Origin: a virus
Reading direction: 5' to 3' (one strand)
Virus genome (UHGV): UHGV-0017034
DNA length: 20,747 nucleotides
The stretch's first letter is position 1; each line of letters begins with the position of its first letter. The translations under genes were made by a program, and so were the position numbers. The notes below the pieces were generated by a model that was given only the letters and a program-made list of their open reading frames with translations, ran no database searches and was not told the origin of the DNA. Below, piece after piece: positions 1-6,936 of the stretch.

Positions 1-104
1 TGGTCAGAGATTCGCGTTTCGGAGAAAGTGCGGCTAACATTTCATTAATATTCATTATTGTTTCCTCTTAAGTTAATTAGATATGTTTATTTAGAATTGG
101 AAAC

Positions 105-129
105 AAAAAAGCCACCCCGAAGGATGGCT
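105..129 (-). terminator. Rho-independent terminator closing the tail-tube transcript
   Basis: Minus-strand RNA AGCCAUCC-UUCG-GGGUGGCU (8-bp stem with one G-U, UUCG tetraloop) followed by U6 (plus-strand A-run 105-110); lies 9 nt after the stop of the 138-608 CDS. Confidence 0.7.
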
Positions 130-137
130 AGATAATA

Positions 138-608
138 TTAGAGTTTCTGGAAAACAGCTTGTTTAACCGGAGCACCATCTACTACAAAGGTGAAGGTACG
201 GCCTACTACAGCATCCTCACCACCAGTCATGGTAGTTTTAGACAGGAAGCCGTTATAAGCGATATGTACACCAGATTTTTTCGTAGCGTCGATGTAGTAA
301 GCAATTTTAATCTGTACGCGCTTACCGTCTTCGGTTGCTTTAATCAGTTTTTCGTGTACTTCGTTACCCGGCATGTAGTTGATCGAAAGTTCGATATCCG
401 GTACAGACATACGACCAACCAGCTTACGGTTATACGGACCACCGAAGTTAGGAACATCGACAGTAGAACGTTCTACACCAGTTTCCGGGAAAGCCGCACA
501 TTCTGGAATTTCCAGATAGCTTTCACTGTCAAGATCGGTGTTAGTTACTTCTTCATGCAGAAACAGACCAACGAGGCCACCAGAAAAAATATCAAATTTA
601 GTAGTCAT
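138..608 (-). CDS. Major tail tube protein, lambda gpV-like N-terminal tube domain (156 aa)
   Basis: ORF with AAGGA RBS; motifs INYMPGNE...GKRVQIKI and YNGFLSKTTMTGGEDAVVGRTFTFVVDG resemble lambda gpV (AWMPGEQG...AYKIRF and FRGWVSS...TRTVKVTNVG) as recalled; last gene before a strong terminator, as expected for a highly expressed tube protein. Confidence 0.55.
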   Translation of the reverse strand: MTTKFDIFSGGLVGLFLHEEVTNTDLDSESYLEIPECAAFPETGVERSTVDVPNFGGPYNRKLVGRMSVPDIELSINYMPGNEVHEKLIKATEDGKRVQIKIAYYIDATKKSGVHIAYNGFLSKTTMTGGEDAVVGRTFTFVVDGAPVKQAVFQKL

Positions 609-662
609 TATTCTTTTCCTTCTATTTTAAACAATAGGGCACATACCCGTAATTCTATTTAT

Positions 663-965
663 TTAGCGGTTGCTCAAACGTCTATAACGAAGATGAGCGA
701 TCCCCCTATTTGTGCTAACGGTAATTACCGCCCCTTGCGGTGCAATACAAGAATGAATCTGTCCCCAATCATGACCCTTATGGCTTCCAGAAACACACAA
801 ACCATGAATAAGCAATTCAGAGTCACCACCGCCACCACCGGAAGAATGAGCACAGAATGAAATAGTCCCGAAAGCGTCGGCTGTCCAACCGTTAGGAATA
901 TCAAACCATCCTTGATTTGCTTTACCCGCCCTATTCCCCAAAGCGCCATCTACCCAAAATGCCAT
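663..965 (-). CDS. Small FDIPNGW-motif protein, paralog 3 of 3 (100 aa), function unknown
   Basis: ORF; start ATG overlaps the upstream stop (TAATG); shares M-x-(F/Y)-W, FDIPNGW, Gly/His-rich core and TVS motifs with the two upstream ORFs. Confidence 0.6.
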   Translation of the reverse strand: MAFWVDGALGNRAGKANQGWFDIPNGWTADAFGTISFCAHSSGGGGGDSELLIHGLCVSGSHKGHDWGQIHSCIAPQGAVITVSTNRGIAHLRYRRLSNR

Positions 966-1270
966 TAGTGCATTCTCCTGAATTTAAAATAATGCAAACT
1001 ACCTTTACCCAATGTAAAGCTAACGGTAGCACCAGCGCCAACTAAAGAACTAGCGCCCCAACTCCCAGCATCACCAGCATGATGACCTGATTCAATCAAT
1101 CCATTTACAGCCAATTCAGAATCAAGATCACCAGCACCGTTAATGGCTTCCATATGAGCAAAAACAATTCCGCATGAATCAGTAACCCAGCCGTTGGGGA
1201 TATCAAAATATCCACCATTAGCCCAAATACTAATAGCGTTTGACATTCTTTGATTTATCCATCCAGCCAT
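965..1270 (-). CDS. Small FDIPNGW-motif protein, paralog 2 of 3 (101 aa), function unknown
   Basis: ORF; 2-nt gap to the upstream stop; YFDIPNGW, GAGDLDSEL, WG and TVSFTLG...HYFKF motifs conserved with its neighbours. Confidence 0.6.
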   Translation of the reverse strand: MAGWINQRMSNAISIWANGGYFDIPNGWVTDSCGIVFAHMEAINGAGDLDSELAVNGLIESGHHAGDAGSWGASSLVGAGATVSFTLGKGSLHYFKFRRMH

Positions 1271-1272
1271 AA

Positions 1273-1569
1273 TTAAAACTCCATGAATTTAAAATATTCA
1301 ACACCACCTTCACCCCCTAAACCAAAGGAGACGGTGCAGCCAGCAGGAACAAACGAATTTATAGTAGATCCCCAATTGGTCCCACCACGACGACGAGCAA
1401 CGGTCAAACCATCTACGTTAATATGTGCATCAGACCACCCACCACCAGCATTATGACGCATTACAGCGACACCAGCACGAGCAGTACCATAGCCGTTAGG
1501 AATATCAAATACATGCCATTTTAAAGCATCGATTTTAGTATTAATTTCACTACTTACCCAATATCCCAT
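1273..1569 (-). CDS. Small FDIPNGY-motif protein, paralog 1 of 3 (98 aa), function unknown
   Basis: ORF with AAGGA RBS 7 nt upstream; VFDIPNGY, GGGWSD, NWG and TVSFGLG...EYFKF motifs. Confidence 0.6.
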   Translation of the reverse strand: MGYWVSSEINTKIDALKWHVFDIPNGYGTARAGVAVMRHNAGGGWSDAHINVDGLTVARRRGGTNWGSTINSFVPAGCTVSFGLGGEGGVEYFKFMEF

Positions 1570-1582
1570 ATAAGAATCCTTA

Positions 1583-1600
1583 GCGGAGATTTCTCCCCGC
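1583..1600 (-). promoter_or_regulatory. Intercistronic GNRA-tetraloop hairpin between the fiber gene and the paralog triplet
   Basis: Minus-strand RNA GCGGGGA-GAAA-UCUCCGC (7-bp stem with one G-U, GAAA loop), no U-tract, immediately upstream of the paralog-1 RBS. Confidence 0.4.
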
Positions 1601-1607
1601 TTTCCAA

Positions 1608-4600
1608 TTACCCTAATTTAGCTTCAATTGCAGCAAGACGTTCACGAAGAAGTTTATTTTCTTCGCTCATTTCTTGGACCGCTTTAATTAAAAGCGCGTT
1701 CACTGCGGAGTTTGAAATTGTTAAAATTTCTTCTGGGTTATCAAAACCACCAATTTTTGCGGTTTTAACAGCTTCCGGTAATACCTCTTGTAAATCCTGT
1801 GCGATAATACCAATCTCATGACCTATAACTTCTCGGTCATTAAGAGATTTAACTTTATCGTAGGTTTTAACTTTGAGTTTATTTACCTTATCCACCGCAT
1901 TTTCTTCGTAATCTTCAACATTAATTTTCAGACGACGATCGGAACGAATATAAACATCGTTAAAGTTTCCGTTACCAGTGGCATGAAATTCTCCACTTGC
2001 ATGGAATTGATAATCAGCACCCTGAACATGAAGAACCGCTGCCGCAGTATTATTACTATCACCGGGACAATGAACGTCCATAGCAGCGATGTAGTTACGC
2101 CCCCAATCAACCGCTTTCCAAATAGCATGAGCACTATCAACGCTTTGTTGACAGTCAACCAACAAACCAGCAGGTCGGTCTCTCCATGCAACATATGCAC
2201 CACCAGAAACCTCACCACGGATAAGTCCTTGATCTGCGGCATAAGGAACACGCCCTTCCAGTTTAATCATCGCGCCCTGGAAGTGATGTGTAAATTGTCC
2301 ACCGTGGTTATTGCGAATATGTAAAATACCCTCATCTGTAGCCCAGATAACAGCCTTTTCCGTATCGCTATCATCTCTAAACCAGACGTGGCGAGCACCA
2401 GCAGAGTTTTTGATAGTAATCCCGGAAGGTCCATGCACAGTAAAAGCGCCAGCAACATCAAACATCAAACTGTTATCTGTCCTACGTTCAGTATAGAAGT
2501 GATAACCTTTGGAATCACCGACTTCCATCACTGCCGCGCGACCAACTTCTGAATTTCCCCAATTATTAATAGAGAATCGTTCAGAGCTATTATTCATCTG
2601 ATTTAGGTATAATGTACCATCAGTGAATGTTTCGCCAAAGAATCTGGTTTTAACGCCGTTAGTACCCCCCACGCGTTCAAATTCAGCCAAGAAACCTTTG
2701 GAATCTCGCATACTCAAAACGTTATTGCGTCCTGTATTACTGTTACCCCAATGGATTAATTCAATATAGTCCATTGACTGACGAGACCCTGATCTAAACA
2801 CCATATTATCTTCGATGCGGGTGCTACCATCAATTCCCAGATGTAAACAGCGTGCGGTAGCTGTGCCACCTAGATCTAATCCACCTTCGGCGAAATCATA
2901 ACTAAATGGTCTACGAGTGTTCCACGTCCCAAAGGAATCTTTTAAATCGGTAGTAAGAATATGGAAGCTAGAACCATCATTACGAAGGATTAAACCATAG
3001 TTACCACCTTTGACAGCCAAACGAGCATTTTCAGATAATGCCACTTCGCTATTCATTACAATTTTCTGGCCTCTACCGCCAGTAATATGTAATTCACCGT
3101 CTTCAATCAGGTTTATAGAGTTTTGACCGTTGTCGTTCCACCAAATAAAATCTTTGGTCTGACCATCACCGAAGCCAAACCAGCCATTACGAACATCTTG
3201 TCCAGTGCGATAATCCATGAAATTAAAATGACTTGATTCGTTTGGTCCTCGACGAATATCAATACCAGAATTTCCAGTAACACCGCCATCCAATGTTAAT
3301 TTCTTGACATGTAACCCGGATGTTGCTGACAGCAATAATTCCTGATTTGTATCTTCGTATCCAGTAGCAAGACGATATGCGTTATCATCAACTGTCTCAT
3401 GCCAGATTGTAGCTGGTGCACAACTACGGAAGCGACGCAACATCTTTTTAGCATTTGTCGGTTGTTCGTTCAAATGCTCAATGTCATATTGGCCTTGATG
3501 ATTGCCAGCAAAATTTAATGTTCCACGGTTGCTAAAGTTATTGAACGATGAAATGTTAAGAGCATCAAAAATTTCGTCTGCAACAGGTTTTTCACCACCC
3601 AGATATTCAGGAGTATCCAACAGGTTTAAAGAAACACCACCGGAAGAAACTTGATATTCTGCTAAAACAAATCCTGTATGTGCACCGTAGTAAGCGTAAA
3701 GATCGTAATTGTCGCCATCGGTTGGAATAGCGCAAAAATGTTGTTCATAATGCCAAATAGTATAATACGCATTGAATACAACACCTTTCGGGCTATTGTT
3801 GCCGCATCGAATCACCAATTCGATAATATTGGCTTGTCCATTATGTCCTACGTTATAACCGTTACCACCAACCAAACGGATCTTAGCCGTGCGACCGTGT
3901 TGTTGTGGCATTGTCAAAGTGCCTAGTTTAAACCAACCACCCTCGATACCAAAATTAAGCGTCTTCTGGAACAGTCGGTCAATTTCTGCTTTCGAATATG
4001 CGCCAATTTCAGCCGGAGTAGGTTTATCACCTTCATGATACATGCGGTGAGAATATGCCAAATGTCCCAATTCATCATAGCCGTATGTTCTTACCGTATG
4101 AACCGGATTAGACCCATAAGTGAACTCAAAACCACGAGCATGATTAACGCCGGATGGGTGCGGAACATGCAAGATCATTGCAATATGACCCGCCAGGTCA
4201 TTCATGCGGAATGCACCAAAGTAGTCAAGATTACGCGCACTCGGATCATCAAAATAGTTTGCGGTCTTAGACAGCAAATAACCATCAGTGTAAGTGTTTA
4301 CGTGCTTTTTGATGTACTTGCCATCACTCGATCCATCGGCTGCATCAATACGGCTTTCTAAACGTGCCAGTTCGGAATCAGTGTAAGACTTGTTATTGTC
4401 AACTTTGCTATGAATTGCTGTATTTTTGGCTTCAACATCACGGGTTAATGCTGCGACGTTATCCGCTGCCTCTTGCTTATTGGCTGCAATCACACCAGTA
4501 AGGTTATTGTAGGTGTCAGTTAACTGATTTTCCGCATAGGCGTGATTTGCTGCGATAGTGCGGTCAGTTTCTGCCTTAATCAAATCAACTTTGTCATTGA

Positions 4601-5132
4601 TTGTTTTGTGATTGCTTGCGATGGTTGCATCGGTACGGGATTTAATATCATCAACTTTTTTATTGATGCGGGTGTCCAGTTCCTGAGTTGCTACAGCAGC
4701 CGCAATTTTATTAGCGTTGATGGTATCCGACAATTCAGCTTTAACACCAGCAAGATCGGAAGCAGCTTTATTTTTATTGGCATCGATTGTCGCGTCGGTT
4801 TCGCGTTTAATTACATCAACTTTATTGTTAATTTCTGCATGATTTGCTGCGATAGTAGAATCAGTAGTTTGTTTAATTTCATCTACTTTAGCGTGAATAT
4901 TGCGGTCATTTACTGCAATTGTGCTATCCAATTCTTGTTTGTTAGCATCAACTTTAGATTCTAGTGCCGCGTGAGTTTCAGGAGAAACAGAGATTTGAAC
5001 TACTTCATGATCTCGGTCTTTGGTGAAAATAACATGGTCTTTAAGGTTGATTGCTACCTCACCGACCTGTAATTGTTCCGGCGTTGGTTTTTTGCCAGAA
5101 ACATTTGTTCGTTTAAATTGGATCGACTGCAT
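1608..5132 (-). CDS. Fiber protein (1174 aa) with N-terminal coiled-coil repeats and C-terminal S74 intramolecular-chaperone autoprotease domain
   Basis: Long ORF with GAGGTGA RBS; residues ~50-260 are ~22-aa repeats (D-x-T-I-A-A-N-H...K-V-D-x-I-K); internal GYHFYTERRTDNSLMFDV resembles the P2 gpH / T4 gp37-type distal fiber region as recalled; C-terminus SDRRLKINVEDYEENAVDKVNKLKVKTYDK...LLRERLAAIEAKLG matches the S74 chaperone domain of endosialidase / T5 L-shaped fiber type. Confidence 0.85.
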   Translation of the reverse strand: MQSIQFKRTNVSGKKPTPEQLQVGEVAINLKDHVIFTKDRDHEVVQISVSPETHAALESKVDANKQELDSTIAVNDRNIHAKVDEIKQTTDSTIAANHAEINNKVDVIKRETDATIDANKNKAASDLAGVKAELSDTINANKIAAAVATQELDTRINKKVDDIKSRTDATIASNHKTINDKVDLIKAETDRTIAANHAYAENQLTDTYNNLTGVIAANKQEAADNVAALTRDVEAKNTAIHSKVDNNKSYTDSELARLESRIDAADGSSDGKYIKKHVNTYTDGYLLSKTANYFDDPSARNLDYFGAFRMNDLAGHIAMILHVPHPSGVNHARGFEFTYGSNPVHTVRTYGYDELGHLAYSHRMYHEGDKPTPAEIGAYSKAEIDRLFQKTLNFGIEGGWFKLGTLTMPQQHGRTAKIRLVGGNGYNVGHNGQANIIELVIRCGNNSPKGVVFNAYYTIWHYEQHFCAIPTDGDNYDLYAYYGAHTGFVLAEYQVSSGGVSLNLLDTPEYLGGEKPVADEIFDALNISSFNNFSNRGTLNFAGNHQGQYDIEHLNEQPTNAKKMLRRFRSCAPATIWHETVDDNAYRLATGYEDTNQELLLSATSGLHVKKLTLDGGVTGNSGIDIRRGPNESSHFNFMDYRTGQDVRNGWFGFGDGQTKDFIWWNDNGQNSINLIEDGELHITGGRGQKIVMNSEVALSENARLAVKGGNYGLILRNDGSSFHILTTDLKDSFGTWNTRRPFSYDFAEGGLDLGGTATARCLHLGIDGSTRIEDNMVFRSGSRQSMDYIELIHWGNSNTGRNNVLSMRDSKGFLAEFERVGGTNGVKTRFFGETFTDGTLYLNQMNNSSERFSINNWGNSEVGRAAVMEVGDSKGYHFYTERRTDNSLMFDVAGAFTVHGPSGITIKNSAGARHVWFRDDSDTEKAVIWATDEGILHIRNNHGGQFTHHFQGAMIKLEGRVPYAADQGLIRGEVSGGAYVAWRDRPAGLLVDCQQSVDSAHAIWKAVDWGRNYIAAMDVHCPGDSNNTAAAVLHVQGADYQFHASGEFHATGNGNFNDVYIRSDRRLKINVEDYEENAVDKVNKLKVKTYDKVKSLNDREVIGHEIGIIAQDLQEVLPEAVKTAKIGGFDNPEEILTISNSAVNALLIKAVQEMSEENKLLRERLAAIEAKLG
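1611..1943 (-). other. S74-type intramolecular chaperone domain (C-terminal ~111 aa of the fiber), predicted to be auto-cleaved
   Basis: Domain begins at SDRRLKINVED, with the conserved Ser-Asp-Arg-Arg-Leu-Lys start and a terminal coiled coil. Confidence 0.65.
4355..4985 (-). repeat. In-frame ~66-nt (22-aa) tandem repeats encoding the fiber coiled-coil shaft
   Basis: Successive units DSTIAANHAEINNKVDVIKRET, DATIASNHKTINDKVDLIKAET, DRTIAANHAYAENQL and others, read from the translation. Confidence 0.6.
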
Positions 5133-5161
5133 CGAATCACCTCACTATAAAACAGGAATAA

Positions 5162-5179
5162 GGGAGGCGTTAACCTCCC
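5162..5179 (-). terminator. Hairpin with U-rich tail between the 277-aa gene and the fiber gene (attenuator or weak terminator)
   Basis: Minus-strand RNA GGGAGG-UUAACG-CCUCCC followed by UUAUUCCUGUUUUAU. Confidence 0.4.
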
Positions 5180-5205
5180 GCGTCATGTTTTATTTAGAGA
5201 AGCAA

Positions 5206-6039
5206 TCAGTATTCCCCGAAGTCGATCCGGTCATGGATAGAAACGGCTTCAATCTCGGCTGGTGTCGGTTTTTCTTCTGTGGAATACACTTTCACCCATC
5301 CAGAATTACCGTCTTTCTGGACTGTGCGAACTCGTAAACGTGGTGCGCCGGAAGCGGTGCAAGTTAATTGCCATCCACCATCTTCATTAGGTTGAGCGTG
5401 AATTAGTGAAGTATCAGCACTAAATGGATTAGATGCGCTTGATCCCTGATAAGTTACGAAACGGTTTCCGGCTAACGCTTCGCTATCAATACCCCCTGTA
5501 AATGGAGATACGCCAGCACCAATACCAAAATCACCCTGACGTAAGATCCGGCCTTCGGTCGCGATACCCCTTGCAAGAATCCCGCCATCTGGTTCAAGTT
5601 TAAATTCCAGTGTTACCGCTTTGTTATCGCTACCACGGGTTTTATGTGATGTGACGTAAGCATCATAGATGACATAGTAACCAGTGTTAGCAGCACTATA
5701 ACCAGAGTTCACAACATAGAACATACGGAAGCGTAAAGGTGTTTTATCCTCTACCGCTTTCATCAACATGTCTTGATGTTCGTCATCCAGAACACGGTTT
5801 ACTACTAACGTAGTTGATTCAAGTTTACGATAGCCAGCCAACTTACCAGTAACATCATGGTCATATTCTTCTAACGTCTGGATCTCTGTGGATTCGGTGA
5901 TCGTAGGGAATGCTGCGATGTTCTCGATAGGACTAAATGCAGGATCGAAAAAGTCCGGCTGGTTATCCACCATAGTAGACACGGAGACTTCAACATGCGA
6001 CCCCGTGAAAATGTCTAAGTTATCTTGTGTAATATTCAT
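5206..6039 (-). CDS. Virion structural protein (277 aa) of uncertain role; C-terminus carries the KPTPAEI motif also present in the fiber
   Basis: ORF with AAGGGG RBS 6 nt upstream; C-terminal EEKPTPAEIEAVSIHDRIDF parallels fiber GDKPTPAEIGAYSKAEIDRLF; beta-rich composition. Confidence 0.6.
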   Translation of the reverse strand: MNITQDNLDIFTGSHVEVSVSTMVDNQPDFFDPAFSPIENIAAFPTITESTEIQTLEEYDHDVTGKLAGYRKLESTTLVVNRVLDDEHQDMLMKAVEDKTPLRFRMFYVVNSGYSAANTGYYVIYDAYVTSHKTRGSDNKAVTLEFKLEPDGGILARGIATEGRILRQGDFGIGAGVSPFTGGIDSEALAGNRFVTYQGSSASNPFSADTSLIHAQPNEDGGWQLTCTASGAPRLRVRTVQKDGNSGWVKVYSTEEKPTPAEIEAVSIHDRIDFGEY

Positions 6040-6048
6040 TATTACCCC

Positions 6049-6471
6049 TTAAAAACGCGCTAGATAAGAAAATTTAAGGCTAAGTGTCCCAACGATACCC
6101 CCATCACTAGAATCATCGTCATAATCGGTATTAGAAGCTACTGGAGTGATATCTGAAATAGAGAAGCCCAAATCTTTAAATCGTGGGTTATCCGGCTGAA
6201 TCTGGATTATCTGGCAAATACCCTCATGGATTTTTGTTTCATGAATCTGAGAATATAATTGCATTTCGATAACGCATTCAGCTTGCATTGCATTACCACC
6301 ACGGACCCTATTGTAAGTCTCATTCATTCCGGTAATCCAACAAACCACATCATCACTAAAGCCTTGCTGAGTTTGTTCTACGTTTAAAGCCAGACCTAAA
6401 TCTTGTTCGATAATATCCTGCAAGGCGCGTTTGATTTTCAGTCTAGGCATGTTATTAACGGTAGCGAGCAT
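6049..6471 (-). CDS. Head-tail connector / tail-completion-like protein (140 aa from the RBS-supported start)
   Basis: Start at 6471 (MLATVNN...) is preceded by AGGGGGTACAC, the same SD type as neighbouring late genes; the longer ORF to 6519 would overlap the upstream gene by 65 nt; function inferred from position between capsid and tail genes. Confidence 0.55.
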   Translation of the reverse strand: MLATVNNMPRLKIKRALQDIIEQDLGLALNVEQTQQGFSDDVVCWITGMNETYNRVRGGNAMQAECVIEMQLYSQIHETKIHEGICQIIQIQPDNPRFKDLGFSISDITPVASNTDYDDDSSDGGIVGTLSLKFSYLARF

Positions 6472-6745
6472 GTGTACCCCCTGCCAGAGTGATAAAGCAA
6501 TCAGTTGTATTGTCACCATTGCGCTTAACGTATTGAACTTTGAAACGCTGATTTTCTACAATGACAATATCCCCCTGCTTTAAGTCTCCCTCACGACAAA
6601 ATAAAAATTCTGTCTCTGTCATTACCCCTTGTTCGTCGGTAGTAGTAATTTCATGATAAGCACGAATTGATTTACCACCTTCCACCGAAAATACAGGAGC
6701 ACTTCGGAACATTCTTGATAATTGTGATTCTGATAATTTGAACAT
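6455..6745 (-). CDS. Head-tail adaptor / head-closure-like protein (96 aa)
   Basis: ORF with AAAGGGGGTAACT RBS; small mixed-charge protein directly downstream of the capsid gene; function inferred from synteny. Confidence 0.5.
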   Translation of the reverse strand: MFKLSESQLSRMFRSAPVFSVEGGKSIRAYHEITTTDEQGVMTETEFLFCREGDLKQGDIVIVENQRFKVQYVKRNGDNTTDCFITLAGGTHARYR

Positions 6746-6775
6746 AGTTACCCCCTTTATGGAGTATTTACATAC

Positions 6776-6803
6776 AAAAAAGCCCCACCGTTAGGCAGGG
6801 CTA
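6776..6803 (-). terminator. Rho-independent terminator downstream of the capsid gene (partial terminator raising capsid stoichiometry)
   Basis: Minus-strand RNA AGCCCUGCC-UAAC-GGUGGGGCU (9-bp stem with two G-U) followed by UUUUUUG. Confidence 0.65.
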
Positions 6804-6936
6804 ATTATTATTCTTTAGTTTTACGTTGTTTTTTAACTGTGGCTTTCGCCGTAACCGTCTGAGATTCTTCTTCCTGAGATGGAATCAGATTTTCTTCCCC
6901 CAAATCGGGGGAAGGTTCAGATGGTTCTACGTTAGT

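Noticed and set aside
1-48. Possible 3' end of a plus-strand CDS at the window start
   Set aside because: Only 15 codons are visible and the nearby terminator is oriented for the minus strand; it cannot be evaluated
159-860. 233-aa plus-strand ORF
   Set aside because: Lies antisense to the tail-tube gene and the first paralog, which have RBSs and family-like motifs; low-complexity translation with no RBS
725-949. 74-aa minus-strand ORF nested in the paralog-3 gene
   Set aside because: Alternative frame inside a gene whose own frame carries the motifs conserved across three paralogs
1818-5337. Plus-strand and alternate-frame ORFs inside the fiber gene (1818-2324, 1928-2251, 2267-2461, 2311-2496, 3678-3926, 4035-4361, 4542-4964, 5020-5337)
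   Set aside because: All overlap the 1174-aa fiber ORF; translations are Cys/Ile/Phe-rich low-complexity artefacts of the antisense strand and of the internal repeats
6808-6936. 42-codon in-frame extension after the capsid TGA stop (possible readthrough producing a C-terminally extended capsid protein)
   Set aside because: An open stretch of 42 codons is within chance expectation for this composition, the stop context is not a known leaky context, and a terminator hairpin lies in the same interval; it is a testable idea but unsupported
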